Position numbers and translations under genes: made by a program. The notes below the pieces were generated by a model. It had not been told where the DNA came from, did no database searches, and saw only the letters and a list, made by a program, of their open reading frames with translations. A stretch of 64,000 nucleotides of DNA from Bacteroidales bacterium (GTDB lineage: Bacteria; Bacteroidota; Bacteroidia; Bacteroidales; UBA1402). Below are positions 18,030-27,982 of this stretch, in pieces; position 1 is the stretch's first letter, and each line of letters starts with the position of its first letter. Location of the stretch: contig JAFODP010000020.1 of the NCBI GenBank assembly GCA_017380635.1, positions 886 through 64,885 on the forward strand. Reading direction: 5' to 3'.

Positions 18030-19450
18030 AAGGCAAGCATGGAAATGGATTCGTTAATAAGCGTCAGCAGGATTTCCGGCGGATTGATACCGATATAAGC
18101 TGCTATCAGAAAGAGTATCAGTTGAGAAACAGATTCCCAAGGAGAAAATTTTATGTCGCTAATTTCGCGTTTGGCGGGCAAGAAAATGATTTGCATCACG
18201 CTGCGGGCAATGGCCCAGATAATCACCGTCAGGAAGAAGGCCGTCAGGGCGAACACCAAGATTTGACGCGCATCTATCATGGCTTTGAAAATGAAGAATT
18301 CGCTCACGAAAAGTCCCGATGGCGGAATAGCCATGATACAGAAAAATCCGAAGAGCAACACCATGGCGCCAAAGGGATTATGCTTGAAATATCCGCCCAT
18401 GTCGTCGATGAGTTTGCTTTGGTACAGACGATACATTTGCGTGAAATGCAAGAAAAGGCCTGATTTAACAAAACTGTGCATAATCAGGTGCATGATGGCG
18501 GCCACATAACCCACACCGCCGATGGCAAGACCCAACATCACGATGGCCATGTGTTCCACACCCGAATAAGCCAGCATACGCTTCACGTTGTGCAGTTTCA
18601 CCATATATGCCGAGGCAACAAAGAGCGTAATCAGCGCGGTAATCAACATAAAATGACGACACCATTCGAAGGCTTCAGAATTGGCCACGACACCAAATAC
18701 ACGGAAAATACCGATGAATCCGACATTCACCAAAATACCTGCCAAAAAGGCGCCCGCAGGAGCCGGGGCTTTGTCTTTCGCGTCGATGCCGGCGGTGAAC
18801 ATGGGGAACAAGCCGATTTTGGCGGTGTAACCCGTAAAGATAAAGATGAATGCCAGTTTCAGCCAGAAAGTATCCAGTTGTTGGGCCGAAGCAATCAGGC
18901 ACTTGTAAGAAAGGTCGTGCGCGCCCGCGTGCATCAACGAAAGGCTCAGGAACAAGATACCGATAAACACGAAACTGATGCTGATGGCGCAGATGAACAC
19001 GTATTTCCAGGTGCCTTCCAAGGCCAGTTTGTTACGATGATGATAAATGAGCAGCGCGGCGCTCAAGGTGGTGATTTCGGTGAATATCCAGTTGACAGCC
19101 ACATGATTAGCCAGGAAACTGAGGCTCATGGCGGCTACCAGCAGCACCAAAGCGGCGTAATAAACTGCGGCCGATTCTATTTTAGCCTGAGGACGAGTGA
19201 GGTAAATGTGGCTATGAATGAACACCGGAATACAGATGATGGTGAGCACTACCAAGAGTAATACGCCCAAAGCATCGAAACTGAAATAGTTGAAAATATC
19301 TTCGCGCAAATGACAACAGGCATATACACAGAAACGCACTTGCAACATGGTGAAAACTACCATCAAGGCTTCCTGCACTTTGCTGTTGCGCGAGAAAACC
19401 AGACAGATAACCAAGAATAAAGTGGTGATAAAGTAGATAGATAACATCAT
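18026..19450 (-). CDS. NuoM/NuoN/HyfF-like antiporter-type membrane subunit
   Basis: Polytopic 474-aa protein with KRMLAYSGVEHMAIV. 4-nt overlap with the next gene. Confidence 0.75.
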   Translation of the reverse strand: MMLSIYFITTLFLVICLVFSRNSKVQEALMVVFTMLQVRFCVYACCHLREDIFNYFSFDALGVLLLVVLTIICIPVFIHSHIYLTRPQAKIESAAVYYAALVLLVAAMSLSFLANHVAVNWIFTEITTLSAALLIYHHRNKLALEGTWKYVFICAISISFVFIGILFLSLSLMHAGAHDLSYKCLIASAQQLDTFWLKLAFIFIFTGYTAKIGLFPMFTAGIDAKDKAPAPAGAFLAGILVNVGFIGIFRVFGVVANSEAFEWCRHFMLITALITLFVASAYMVKLHNVKRMLAYSGVEHMAIVMLGLAIGGVGYVAAIMHLIMHSFVKSGLFLHFTQMYRLYQSKLIDDMGGYFKHNPFGAMVLLFGFFCIMAIPPSGLFVSEFFIFKAMIDARQILVFALTAFFLTVIIWAIARSVMQIIFLPAKREISDIKFSPWESVSQLILFLIAAYIGINPPEILLTLINESISMLAL

Positions 19451-19455
19451 AAGGC

Positions 19456-20085
19456 TCAGTCTTTTAATAGGGTTAGACTATCTACGTCGGCATCCTTGAA
19501 TACGTCGCCGATTTTGTTGACGAAGATTCCGAGTATCAATACCGAAGCAAAAATATCGAGCAGCACGCCCAGGTTTACCAACATGGGCATTTCGTTACCC
19601 ACGGCCAGCGACAGGATGAACACGCCGTTTTCTATCACCACATAACCCATCACGTGCGACAGCAATTTGCGTCGCGAGCTGATGAAGTACAAGCCGAAGA
19701 AAATGGCCGAAACGGCAGCCACAAAGAAGATCTTGTCCAGATGTTCGTCTTTAATCATGCTCGCCAGGATAATGGTACCCACCACGATGGCGGTGGTGAT
19801 GATCAGCGAAACGAAATGTGGCAGGAAAGGTTCCGACTCGCGCGTAATCTTGTTGTGTTTGATGATGGTTGACAAGAAATAGGGCACCGCCACCGATTTG
19901 AAGATGATGGTTTCCAACAAAATCCAGAAAAGGTTGAAGGCGCTTACTTCGTGCAATTGGAAGAAGGCTACCAAAAACATCAACACACCTTGTATGCTAA
20001 GCACTTGGATGTAGCCGCGCATACGGTTGGCGATGGACATGTAAAACAATGTCACCAGAAAAATAATCAGCAATATTTCTTTCAT
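19456..20085 (-). CDS. HyfE-like small membrane subunit
   Basis: 209-aa polytopic protein in the position of hyfE within the operon. Confidence 0.6.
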   Translation of the reverse strand: MKEILLIIFLVTLFYMSIANRMRGYIQVLSIQGVLMFLVAFFQLHEVSAFNLFWILLETIIFKSVAVPYFLSTIIKHNKITRESEPFLPHFVSLIITTAIVVGTIILASMIKDEHLDKIFFVAAVSAIFFGLYFISSRRKLLSHVMGYVVIENGVFILSLAVGNEMPMLVNLGVLLDIFASVLILGIFVNKIGDVFKDADVDSLTLLKD

Positions 20086-20987
20086 GACAATTGACCTGAT
20101 AAAAGCAACACGCCGAAAATCACCATCAAGGCGATAGACGTCAATGCGAAAATAAACTGAGGATTATGATTCATGCGCAGACGCGCCATAAATGATTCTA
20201 CAACACCGATGATGACGGCGGCGGCAAACTGGATGCTAAAGAATAGCGGAATGCCCCATTCCAAACCAAGACCTCCCACGAAGAAATTGACAATCAAGGC
20301 GGTGTACATAGCAAATTTCAGGTAGCCGCTGCTCAAGATCAAGCCCAGGTCGAAGCCGCTGTTGTCGAGAATCATCACTTCGTGAATCATGGTCAGCTCC
20401 AAGTGGGTTTTGGGGTCGTCGATGGGAAGGCGACTGTTTTCGATCATGGCAACCATCAACAGAATAAAGGCTGCCAAAGTGGCCAATGCATAACTGACCG
20501 GATCGCCCAAGTGCAGGTGTGCGAAAATATCGTGGAAGGAGGTGTGTCCGGTAAGCAAAGCTACCGAACCGATAATCAGGAAGAAAGCGGGCTCGGCCAG
20601 CATCGAGAACAAGGCTTCGCGCGAAGCGCCCATTCCTTCGAAACTGCTACCGGTATCCAAGGCTCCCAGGATGCTGAACAGCTTGCCCAAGGCCAGGATG
20701 TAAGCAAAGAACACGAAATCGCCGTCGAAAGAAAAAAGCGCGGGTTGTTGTCCGAAAGGAATCACGCTGATGGCGGCCAGCACCGAAGCGCAATAAACGA
20801 TGGGCGCCCAACGGAAAACCCATCCGCAAGTGGGACTATACACCGAGGCTTTGTGCCACAAACGCCAAACATCGTAAATGGGTTGCAGTATGCCCGGACC
20901 TTTACGTCCCGCGCAGATACTTTTGGTGCGTATGATGATGCCGTCGAAGAAACAGGCGGCTATCAGAATCAGAAGCAGACTCAGCAT
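20082..20987 (-). CDS. NuoH/HycD/HyfC-like membrane subunit
   Basis: IENSRLPIDDPKTHLELTMIHEVM matches the NuoH/HycD E..R.PFD..E.E.EL loop. Confidence 0.75.
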   Translation of the reverse strand: MLSLLLILIAACFFDGIIIRTKSICAGRKGPGILQPIYDVWRLWHKASVYSPTCGWVFRWAPIVYCASVLAAISVIPFGQQPALFSFDGDFVFFAYILALGKLFSILGALDTGSSFEGMGASREALFSMLAEPAFFLIIGSVALLTGHTSFHDIFAHLHLGDPVSYALATLAAFILLMVAMIENSRLPIDDPKTHLELTMIHEVMILDNSGFDLGLILSSGYLKFAMYTALIVNFFVGGLGLEWGIPLFFSIQFAAAVIIGVVESFMARLRMNHNPQFIFALTSIALMVIFGVLLLSGQLS

Positions 20988-20990
20988 AAC

Positions 20991-22961
20991 TTAATGGATA
21001 ATGAAAGTTAAAATAATGGTAATCAGAATGAAGATGATACCATATAACATATAGAACTGTAATTTTCCGTTTTGCAGGAAGAGGAAATGCGACATCAGCC
21101 ACTGATAGCCTCTGAGCGGTTTTTCGATGGCTTTGTGTTCCAATTGGTCGAAACTTTCGCTTCGAACTTCGCCGGCTTGTTGCGGATAACTTTCTGTGGG
21201 AATGTCGCTTTGTTTTTCGAAACCAATCAGTCCGTCCAGTGTGTCGCTATAGGTTTTTACGTAGGAAGCTCCGGTGTATTGGATTTTGGGCGTGGCGGCC
21301 GTGTATCCGCATCCCCAGGTTTCGCTTTGACGGATGTTTTGTTTCGATTGCACTTTGTTGCGCAACAGATACAGGATAATCACCAGAGAAAGGAAACAGA
21401 TGCACACCAAAGACAACATGGCCAAATGTTCTTGTCCGACGCTATGGATACTGCTATCAACCTGTGGCAGATTGGCCAATGCCGCTTGCATGGCGCTGTT
21501 GAAAAGCCAAGGACAAAGACCGATGCAAAGCATCAATACTAAACTGATGGCGATGGGAACGAGACGAATTTTGGGCATTTCCTTTACTTCGTGCATTTCG
21601 CTGCGAGCCGTACCTAAAAAGGTGATACCGAACACTTTCGTGAAGCAGATGATGGCCAGTCCGCCAATCAGTACCAATGCCAGAATGGCGAAGGAGGCGC
21701 CTACGGCGCCCGTCAGCGAAGCTTCCTGCATCCAACGGAAAAGGCCGTTGTAGAGCATGAATTCCGACACGAATCCGTTCATGGGTGGCAGTGCGCAGAT
21801 GGCTACCGAGCCCAAGAGGAAGAACAGACAGGTCCAAGGCATTTTCTTGCCCAAACCGCCCATTTGTTCCATGTTCAGGCTGTGCGTGGCATGATAGACA
21901 TTACCGGCCAAAAAGAAAAGGCTCGATTTGAAAAGCGCATGGTTGAGCGTGTGCAGCAAAGCGGCCGCAAATCCCAGATAGGTGAGCAAAGACTGTCCGC
22001 TGCCCACACCGATCAATCCCAAACCGATACCCATGCAGATGATACCGATGTTTTCGATACTCGAATAAGCCAGCAGTTTTTTGATGTTCTTTTGCACGAT
22101 GGCTTGCATGATGCCGTACAATCCGCTGATGGCAGCTAAAGTTAGCACCAGATAGCCCACGCCTTCGTAATGAATGGGTGCGAAGCTGAGCATGCGCAAC
22201 ATGCCGAAGATACCTATTTTAATAATAACGCCCGACATCACGCCCGAAATATGCGCGGGTGCGGCCGGATGGGCATGAGGCAACCAGGTGTGGAAAGGCA
22301 ACAGACCGGCTTTCACGGCAAATCCGAGGAAAAGCAGCACATAGGCCGTGTTGGCTTGTTTTGCGCTGAGCGAGGCAAAACTGTTGAAATCGAAACTGCC
22401 GCTCTGGGCCGACATCATCAGAAAACCTATTGTTAGCAATACCACCGACACATGCGATTGAATGAAAAAGTTGATGCCGGCTTTGATGACATCGGCTTTC
22501 CAACTTTCAAAGATAATCAGCACGAAACTGCTCAGGGCCATGATTTCCCATGCCAGAAGAAAGGCCAGACTGTGTTGTAATACGCAGAGCGCCTGCATAG
22601 AAAGATAAGCCATCAGGTAAGCAAAGATGTGCATGCCGATGTCGTTCTTCTTGTCGAGGTAATGTTGCATATAACCCCAACCATAGAAGGCTCCAAGACT
22701 GAAAACCAAAGAGATAATCAGACTGAACCAGGCCGACAATCCGTCCATGCAAAGACGGACATTGCCTAAAAAGGCTCCTGCATAAAATTGATACTGAAAA
22801 CTTTGTCCTGTCAGGGCGAGCACCGCGGTGATGCTGGTGAAAACAGCGGCTGTACAAATGGCCGAGATGGCGAGAATGCCCTTGTTTCGATTGTTTTTGA
22901 GAATCAGCGTAATGAGCGCTGCGATTGCCAAAATGGCAAAAGAAGAGATGACCGAAATCAT
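20991..22961 (-). CDS. NuoL/HyfB-like antiporter-type membrane subunit
   Basis: 656-aa polytopic protein with LPFHTWLPHAHPAAPAHISGVMSG and KKLLAYSSIENIG. Confidence 0.8.
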   Translation of the reverse strand: MISVISSFAILAIAALITLILKNNRNKGILAISAICTAAVFTSITAVLALTGQSFQYQFYAGAFLGNVRLCMDGLSAWFSLIISLVFSLGAFYGWGYMQHYLDKKNDIGMHIFAYLMAYLSMQALCVLQHSLAFLLAWEIMALSSFVLIIFESWKADVIKAGINFFIQSHVSVVLLTIGFLMMSAQSGSFDFNSFASLSAKQANTAYVLLFLGFAVKAGLLPFHTWLPHAHPAAPAHISGVMSGVIIKIGIFGMLRMLSFAPIHYEGVGYLVLTLAAISGLYGIMQAIVQKNIKKLLAYSSIENIGIICMGIGLGLIGVGSGQSLLTYLGFAAALLHTLNHALFKSSLFFLAGNVYHATHSLNMEQMGGLGKKMPWTCLFFLLGSVAICALPPMNGFVSEFMLYNGLFRWMQEASLTGAVGASFAILALVLIGGLAIICFTKVFGITFLGTARSEMHEVKEMPKIRLVPIAISLVLMLCIGLCPWLFNSAMQAALANLPQVDSSIHSVGQEHLAMLSLVCICFLSLVIILYLLRNKVQSKQNIRQSETWGCGYTAATPKIQYTGASYVKTYSDTLDGLIGFEKQSDIPTESYPQQAGEVRSESFDQLEHKAIEKPLRGYQWLMSHFLFLQNGKLQFYMLYGIIFILITIILTFIIH

Positions 22962-22990
22962 GAAAACATATATGTTTTAAAAAACGGCCG

Positions 22991-22998
22991 CAAAGGTA
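22991..22998 (-). promoter_or_regulatory. -7 promoter box TAccTTTG for the hyf/Ehr-like operon
   Basis: The reverse complement of caaaggta is TACCTTTG, 30 nt upstream of the ATG at 22961. Confidence 0.45.
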
Positions 22999-23043
22999 CG
23001 TACTTTTACGCTTTATGCAAAGATTTTTCTGCTGGAAAATGAC

Positions 23044-23068
23044 GCGAGCGGCCCGCAGGGCCGCTCGC
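23044..23068 (-). terminator. GC-rich 11-bp perfect hairpin 3' of the 903-aa hydrolase gene
   Basis: gcgagcggccc-gca-gggccgctcgc, 27 nt past the stop at 23095. Confidence 0.45.
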
Positions 23069-23094
23069 TGTCGTTATGCTGAAAATTGCATGTA

Positions 23095-25806
23095 TCAATA
23101 GAACAACCAGTCGATGGCGCTGGATTCTTTTAGGCCTGCGTCGCGGGTCTTGAAATCTTCCATTTGTTCGCTGAATCCAAGTACCAGACAAAGGCCTTTG
23201 CCCAAATTGAGTTTGTGGCTGCCGGCATCGAAATGATAGCTGTGCACATTCACGGCAGGCATGTTTTCAATTTCCAAAGCATTGGCAATCTTGATGTCGG
23301 CTTGTCCGTATTGGTTGGCCGAAGCGTCGGTTTCCAACTTGGGAGCCGGCATATAGCGTTGGCTCGGGCTGATGGGGCTATAGTAACCAATCCACAAGGT
23401 AACAGGCTCTTTGCAAGTAAATTGCAATTCGGTAACGGCATCACGTTGCACTTCGTAGGCAAAACGCATAGCCTTCAGTCCTTGCAATTCGGGAGCGATA
23501 TGCAGAATCTTGAAAGGCTTGTCGGTGTAGAACTTTTCTCCCTCTTTCACGGTGATAAACTGAGCCTTGGCGGGCTTGCTCAAACGCACATCCACTGCCT
23601 TGAATGGCTCGATAACGGTGGCCACCGCTTTAGGATTCTTGATTTGTTCGATGTTGGCAGCAAAATTGGCCAATTCTTCTTCGTACTGAGGCAAGAGTTC
23701 CCACCATTCCTTGTTCTTGGCATTGGCACCGCTGTTGGGAATACGACGCATGGGTGTTTGCATACTGTTGGCATACAGGTAAGTATCGCGTGTCAAGTCT
23801 ACCAATTTGCGGTAATGTTGCAAGCTGCTTTCCATCAAAGTATAAGCGCTGTCCAAGTCGGCCACGTTGTTGGAATATTTGTAGCGAAGCACGTACATGG
23901 CGGCTTCCAATTTGTCGTCGAAACTGTAAGTGAAAGCTTCGTAGCAAAGAATGTCGTTTTTCAAGCGTTCGAATTCATCCTTGTCACCCTTGATGCCTTT
24001 TACCTTGCGGATGGCTTCGGCGGCTTTGCGGGCATGTTCGCGGGTTTCGGCAATGAGTTGGGGAGGCGTTTCGCCCACGTGCGGCTGACCTTTCCATTCG
24101 CGTTCGGCCCAAACTTCCAGTTTTTCACCTTCGGGACCACAAGAATTAGCAAAGTCGGGATACACCGTCCAACGATTGGGATTCACCAACTGGCTCATAA
24201 ACATACCCAAAAGGAAAGTCTGACGATTACCTTCGGTGATACCGAATTTACGCAACAACTTGGTAGAGATTTCGCCGGTTTCTTCGTAGGCAGTGAGGAT
24301 GTTGCGGGCTTGTGCCATGCTGCAATCGTATTTGTCGGCCAAGGCTTTACACCAATAATCGATTTCTTCGTTGCGGTCGCGATCGGCCTTCCAAGCGTAG
24401 CGGGCCCAAGCTTCGTACCAGATCCAGTCGCGATCCATTTCCAACAGACGTTCGCCATTGGCCAAACGGTCGGCAGCATAAGGCCAATCCCAATATGAAT
24501 GCTGCGGATAAAGATGCAAAGCGTTGGCACCATGAACATTATGCATGGCTTGCACACTCTTTTGGATAAAATCGGGGGATCCGTAACGGAAGGGTTCCAG
24601 GTTGGCCAAAATATGTACATTCGACACATGCACGCTACCCAAAGAACTCAAATAACGATGGGTGGCCGTCCAAGGTCCGCGCGGTTCGTAGGTGCAAAGC
24701 GATTCGCCATTGTATTTGTTCATTGTGTACAGATTCTTGTACAGCGGCAGCGCAGCTTCCATCACCATTTGACAGTTGGTGTCGTGTGCACGCACCACGA
24801 TAGGCGGTTCCTCGGTGATACCCAAGTTCTTCAAACCGTCTTGTACACCGGGAATGATGGTCTTGGTAAACCAATTTACGTCGTCTTCCCAAGTATTCAT
24901 GGCTTCGCCCAGGCAAACCAACAAACCAACGTTAGGATATTTTTCGATGAAGGCTTGTACCGATTTGCGCGTGTAATCCGACAACAGTGGCGTGATTTCC
25001 ACTTTTCTGTTTTGGGTGGGAATGCCGTGATATTCAGCAAAAGGCTTGGAAACGATGATGTTATAGAACATTTGAATCACCCAGATACCGCGCTTGTTGG
25101 CTTCGGTGGTAAGGAAACTGAAAATTTCTTCGTTCTTCTTGAAGTCTTCTTCGCTCACTTCCAAAGCATAAGGATAATCGGGCAATTTTACCAAAGAAGC
25201 AAAGGGATGTCCGTTCCACAAATACAACGAGTTCATGCGGTTTTCCACCAACATGTCAAGATACTCGATCCACAGTTCTTTGTCGTAAAACCAGGGGAAT
25301 TCCTTTTCGGTATAAGGATATTCATACACCTGACGTCCGGGCAAGAAATAGGTTTTCTGCACACCGATACAAGTACCGCGCAACACCATTTCGGGCGCGT
25401 CTTGAAAATCGATGTTTTTGGGCAATTTTTCGTTTTCGTCCAAACGGTCGCAAAGTTCCAGGGCGCCATAAAGCACACCGCTTTCGTCGCTACCGGCCAC
25501 CAGAAATTGACCCTTTTTTCCGTAGATATGGAAAGCTTCCTTGCCTTGCACATCGGCATTCCATCCGGCTTGCTGACAAGTCTGACGGAAACTTTCGCTA
25601 TGACAAGAACCCAACACAATCTGTTGTTTGGCATTGTCGGCGATGGTGTAACCGGCATCTTCGAGCGCATCGGCCAATTTTTCGGCAGCGAAAACAGCAC
25701 GTTCACTGCTTGGATTGTCGAGCACGATACTGATATCGCCTTTGCTCTGGCAGCAGCTGCTCAGTAAAAGTGCGCACAAGGCGAATAATGCATACAATTT
25801 CTTCAT
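23095..25806 (-). CDS. putative glycoside hydrolase lipoprotein (GH20b/GH67N-like N-terminal domain plus TIM-barrel-like core; family unassigned)
   Basis: Lipoprotein signal MKKLYALFALCALLLSSC. N-terminal GSDESGVLYGALELCDRL is typical of the GH20b/GH67/GH115-type N domain. Confidence 0.45.
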   Translation of the reverse strand: MKKLYALFALCALLLSSCCQSKGDISIVLDNPSSERAVFAAEKLADALEDAGYTIADNAKQQIVLGSCHSESFRQTCQQAGWNADVQGKEAFHIYGKKGQFLVAGSDESGVLYGALELCDRLDENEKLPKNIDFQDAPEMVLRGTCIGVQKTYFLPGRQVYEYPYTEKEFPWFYDKELWIEYLDMLVENRMNSLYLWNGHPFASLVKLPDYPYALEVSEEDFKKNEEIFSFLTTEANKRGIWVIQMFYNIIVSKPFAEYHGIPTQNRKVEITPLLSDYTRKSVQAFIEKYPNVGLLVCLGEAMNTWEDDVNWFTKTIIPGVQDGLKNLGITEEPPIVVRAHDTNCQMVMEAALPLYKNLYTMNKYNGESLCTYEPRGPWTATHRYLSSLGSVHVSNVHILANLEPFRYGSPDFIQKSVQAMHNVHGANALHLYPQHSYWDWPYAADRLANGERLLEMDRDWIWYEAWARYAWKADRDRNEEIDYWCKALADKYDCSMAQARNILTAYEETGEISTKLLRKFGITEGNRQTFLLGMFMSQLVNPNRWTVYPDFANSCGPEGEKLEVWAEREWKGQPHVGETPPQLIAETREHARKAAEAIRKVKGIKGDKDEFERLKNDILCYEAFTYSFDDKLEAAMYVLRYKYSNNVADLDSAYTLMESSLQHYRKLVDLTRDTYLYANSMQTPMRRIPNSGANAKNKEWWELLPQYEEELANFAANIEQIKNPKAVATVIEPFKAVDVRLSKPAKAQFITVKEGEKFYTDKPFKILHIAPELQGLKAMRFAYEVQRDAVTELQFTCKEPVTLWIGYYSPISPSQRYMPAPKLETDASANQYGQADIKIANALEIENMPAVNVHSYHFDAGSHKLNLGKGLCLVLGFSEQMEDFKTRDAGLKESSAIDWLFY

Positions 25807-25816
25807 ATTAGTTAGT

Positions 25817-27895
25817 TTAGATAGTTAATGTTTCTCCTGCTTGCAACGTGTAGACTTTGTCTTGATAATAGATGGTGCCCACGCCGCCGGGATTGCTGAT
25901 GCTGAGTTTTTCGCCATCCATCTTGATGATGATTTCGCCGTAAGGCGTAGGAACGCTGCCTTCCATCCACTCCATGTCGCTCAATGTGGGACGGGCTTCC
26001 CAAGTGGCATAACCGGGCGATGTAGGCTGAACGCCCATGTAGTAACGGCCCAACAGATAAATCGGGCTGGCTCCCCAGGCATGACAAAGACTCTTACCGT
26101 AAGGACGTCCGTACATGGCCAGCATTTGTCTGCCTTCTTCTTCGGGAATGTATTTTTCCCAGAAAGAAGTAGCGCCCTTGGCCAACATGCCGCCCCAGTA
26201 ATCCTTCATTTCTTTCATTACCTGGTCTTGCTTGCCCAACATACAAAGCGCTTCCAATTCGTAGAAACGCATATAAGGCGTGGTGATTTTCAGAATATCA
26301 TCGTTGAAGATAACCGATTTCACCACAGCGTCTTTCTTTTCCTTGTCGAGGAAGTTGTACATGATGGCAAACATATTGGCATAACGGAACACTTCTTGGC
26401 TCTGTTGGCCATTCACGCGATTGTGTACCAAAGCTTGCTTTTCTTCGTTCCAGAAAGCGGGAATCAACTTGGCTTCCAAAGTGTCGGCCAAAGTTTGGTA
26501 TTTGTCGGCATCGTCGGTCTTGTCGATGGTGCGGGCAACGGTGGCCATCGCTTTCAGCGCTTGGCAGAATAATACCTGTTCGAAAGCCAATTGTCCGTTC
26601 TTATCCATGGGTTTGTCGGCCCAATCCACGAATACCCAGTCGCCGGTGAGGCCTTGCACCATACCTTCGCTGTCGGTGCGGCCCAGTACGTAATCCATCA
26701 GATGCAGCATCGAAGGATAAATCTGTGCCAAGAAAGCCTTGTCGCCGCTGTAGAGATAATAGTCGGCAATGCTGTTGAACCAATAGAAAGTGTAATCCAT
26801 GATGGTGTTGATGTGGCTCGAAATAGGCGCTTTGCCGGCCAACAACCAAATGGTGCGCTTCACACATTCGTTATCGTTGAAAAGATAATAATTCATCAGA
26901 TAGCTCTGGGCAGCGTCGCCGCTCCATACCCAACGGTCGCGCTTGATGCCATCGATAAAGAACTCGCGGGTAGTGAGTTGCATGGTATATTCGCCGATTT
27001 CCCACATTCGGTTGATGAGTTCGTCGTTGCAACGGAAACGTCCGGGCGTGGCTTCGGGCAGATATTCGTAATCCATGCTCAAACTTTCCACGCACACTTC
27101 GCCTTCGCAGCAGAGTTGGATATAACGGAAAGCTTTGCTCAAGGCCAGCGTGTAACTGCCATCGGCCTGAATGGGCAAGGTTTTTCCGGTGGAAAGATCG
27201 GTAATCTGTCCGTCCTTGACAATGAGTTGGTCGTAGGTTTCGCAATAGGCTTTGTCCATTGCTTCTTCTTGGCTTTCACCATAATAGAGATAAACTTTGC
27301 CATTGCCTTTCACCTGATTCAGGATGGCGAAGCCGAAAGTTTCCTGTCCGAAATCGAACAAACGTCCGCCTTCTACCTGTTGACAATCAATCGCTTCGTC
27401 ACGACGACGGGCCAAACGGAAGGCCGAGGGTTTGTTTTCGGGCGTGTTGAAATTCCAGTAACCGGCCAATTGATATTCGGTGGCCGACGTATCGGAGGCT
27501 TTGCCGCTTTCGTCTATCCATTCCTTGTCTTCGAATGTGACTTTCCAAGAAGCATCGCTGCCGAAAGTTTCGCCTTGCAAAAAGAGACAGGGCGGCGTTG
27601 CCTGATTATGTACCTTGATGTTGATTTTATGTTTTCCGGCGGCCAATTCAAATTCCTTGGGCATACCGAAAAGCATCTTGCCATCAATTTTGACATTGTA
27701 GTCGCCTTCCACCTCGAGCAAGATATTTTCGTCCTTGGCCAAATCGACTTCGGTAGAAAATTCTACGGTGACGTAATGACTGTCTTGTTTCCAGAAAGGA
27801 GGAAAATACGCGCCGCGATCGGTACGACGATTGTTCATGTTGTTGCCCAGCCAGATTTCGTAATCACCGGGAAACCATATCCATGTTGCTTGCAT
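25817..27895 (-). CDS. GH78-like alpha-L-rhamnosidase-related six-hairpin glycosidase (cytoplasmic)
   Basis: Starts MQATWIWFPGDYEIW. DGIKRDRWVWSGDAAQSYL resembles the GH78 D.P.R.ER.GW.GD motif. No signal peptide. Confidence 0.5.
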   Translation of the reverse strand: MQATWIWFPGDYEIWLGNNMNNRRTDRGAYFPPFWKQDSHYVTVEFSTEVDLAKDENILLEVEGDYNVKIDGKMLFGMPKEFELAAGKHKINIKVHNQATPPCLFLQGETFGSDASWKVTFEDKEWIDESGKASDTSATEYQLAGYWNFNTPENKPSAFRLARRRDEAIDCQQVEGGRLFDFGQETFGFAILNQVKGNGKVYLYYGESQEEAMDKAYCETYDQLIVKDGQITDLSTGKTLPIQADGSYTLALSKAFRYIQLCCEGEVCVESLSMDYEYLPEATPGRFRCNDELINRMWEIGEYTMQLTTREFFIDGIKRDRWVWSGDAAQSYLMNYYLFNDNECVKRTIWLLAGKAPISSHINTIMDYTFYWFNSIADYYLYSGDKAFLAQIYPSMLHLMDYVLGRTDSEGMVQGLTGDWVFVDWADKPMDKNGQLAFEQVLFCQALKAMATVARTIDKTDDADKYQTLADTLEAKLIPAFWNEEKQALVHNRVNGQQSQEVFRYANMFAIMYNFLDKEKKDAVVKSVIFNDDILKITTPYMRFYELEALCMLGKQDQVMKEMKDYWGGMLAKGATSFWEKYIPEEEGRQMLAMYGRPYGKSLCHAWGASPIYLLGRYYMGVQPTSPGYATWEARPTLSDMEWMEGSVPTPYGEIIIKMDGEKLSISNPGGVGTIYYQDKVYTLQAGETLTI

Positions 27896-27982
27896 AATTC
27901 TTTGTGTTATAAACAGATAAAAAACGCATCTGCCAGCCTGTTTTCAGACTGACAAATGCGTATGAATCGTGGCTATGATTGT

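Noticed and set aside
15756-22961. Annotating the hyf-like operon as a functional formate hydrogenlyase or hydrogenase-4
   Set aside because: The large subunit has no CxxC Ni-Fe ligand pairs and the small subunit lacks its four cluster cysteines. No hyp or fdh genes are present in the window.
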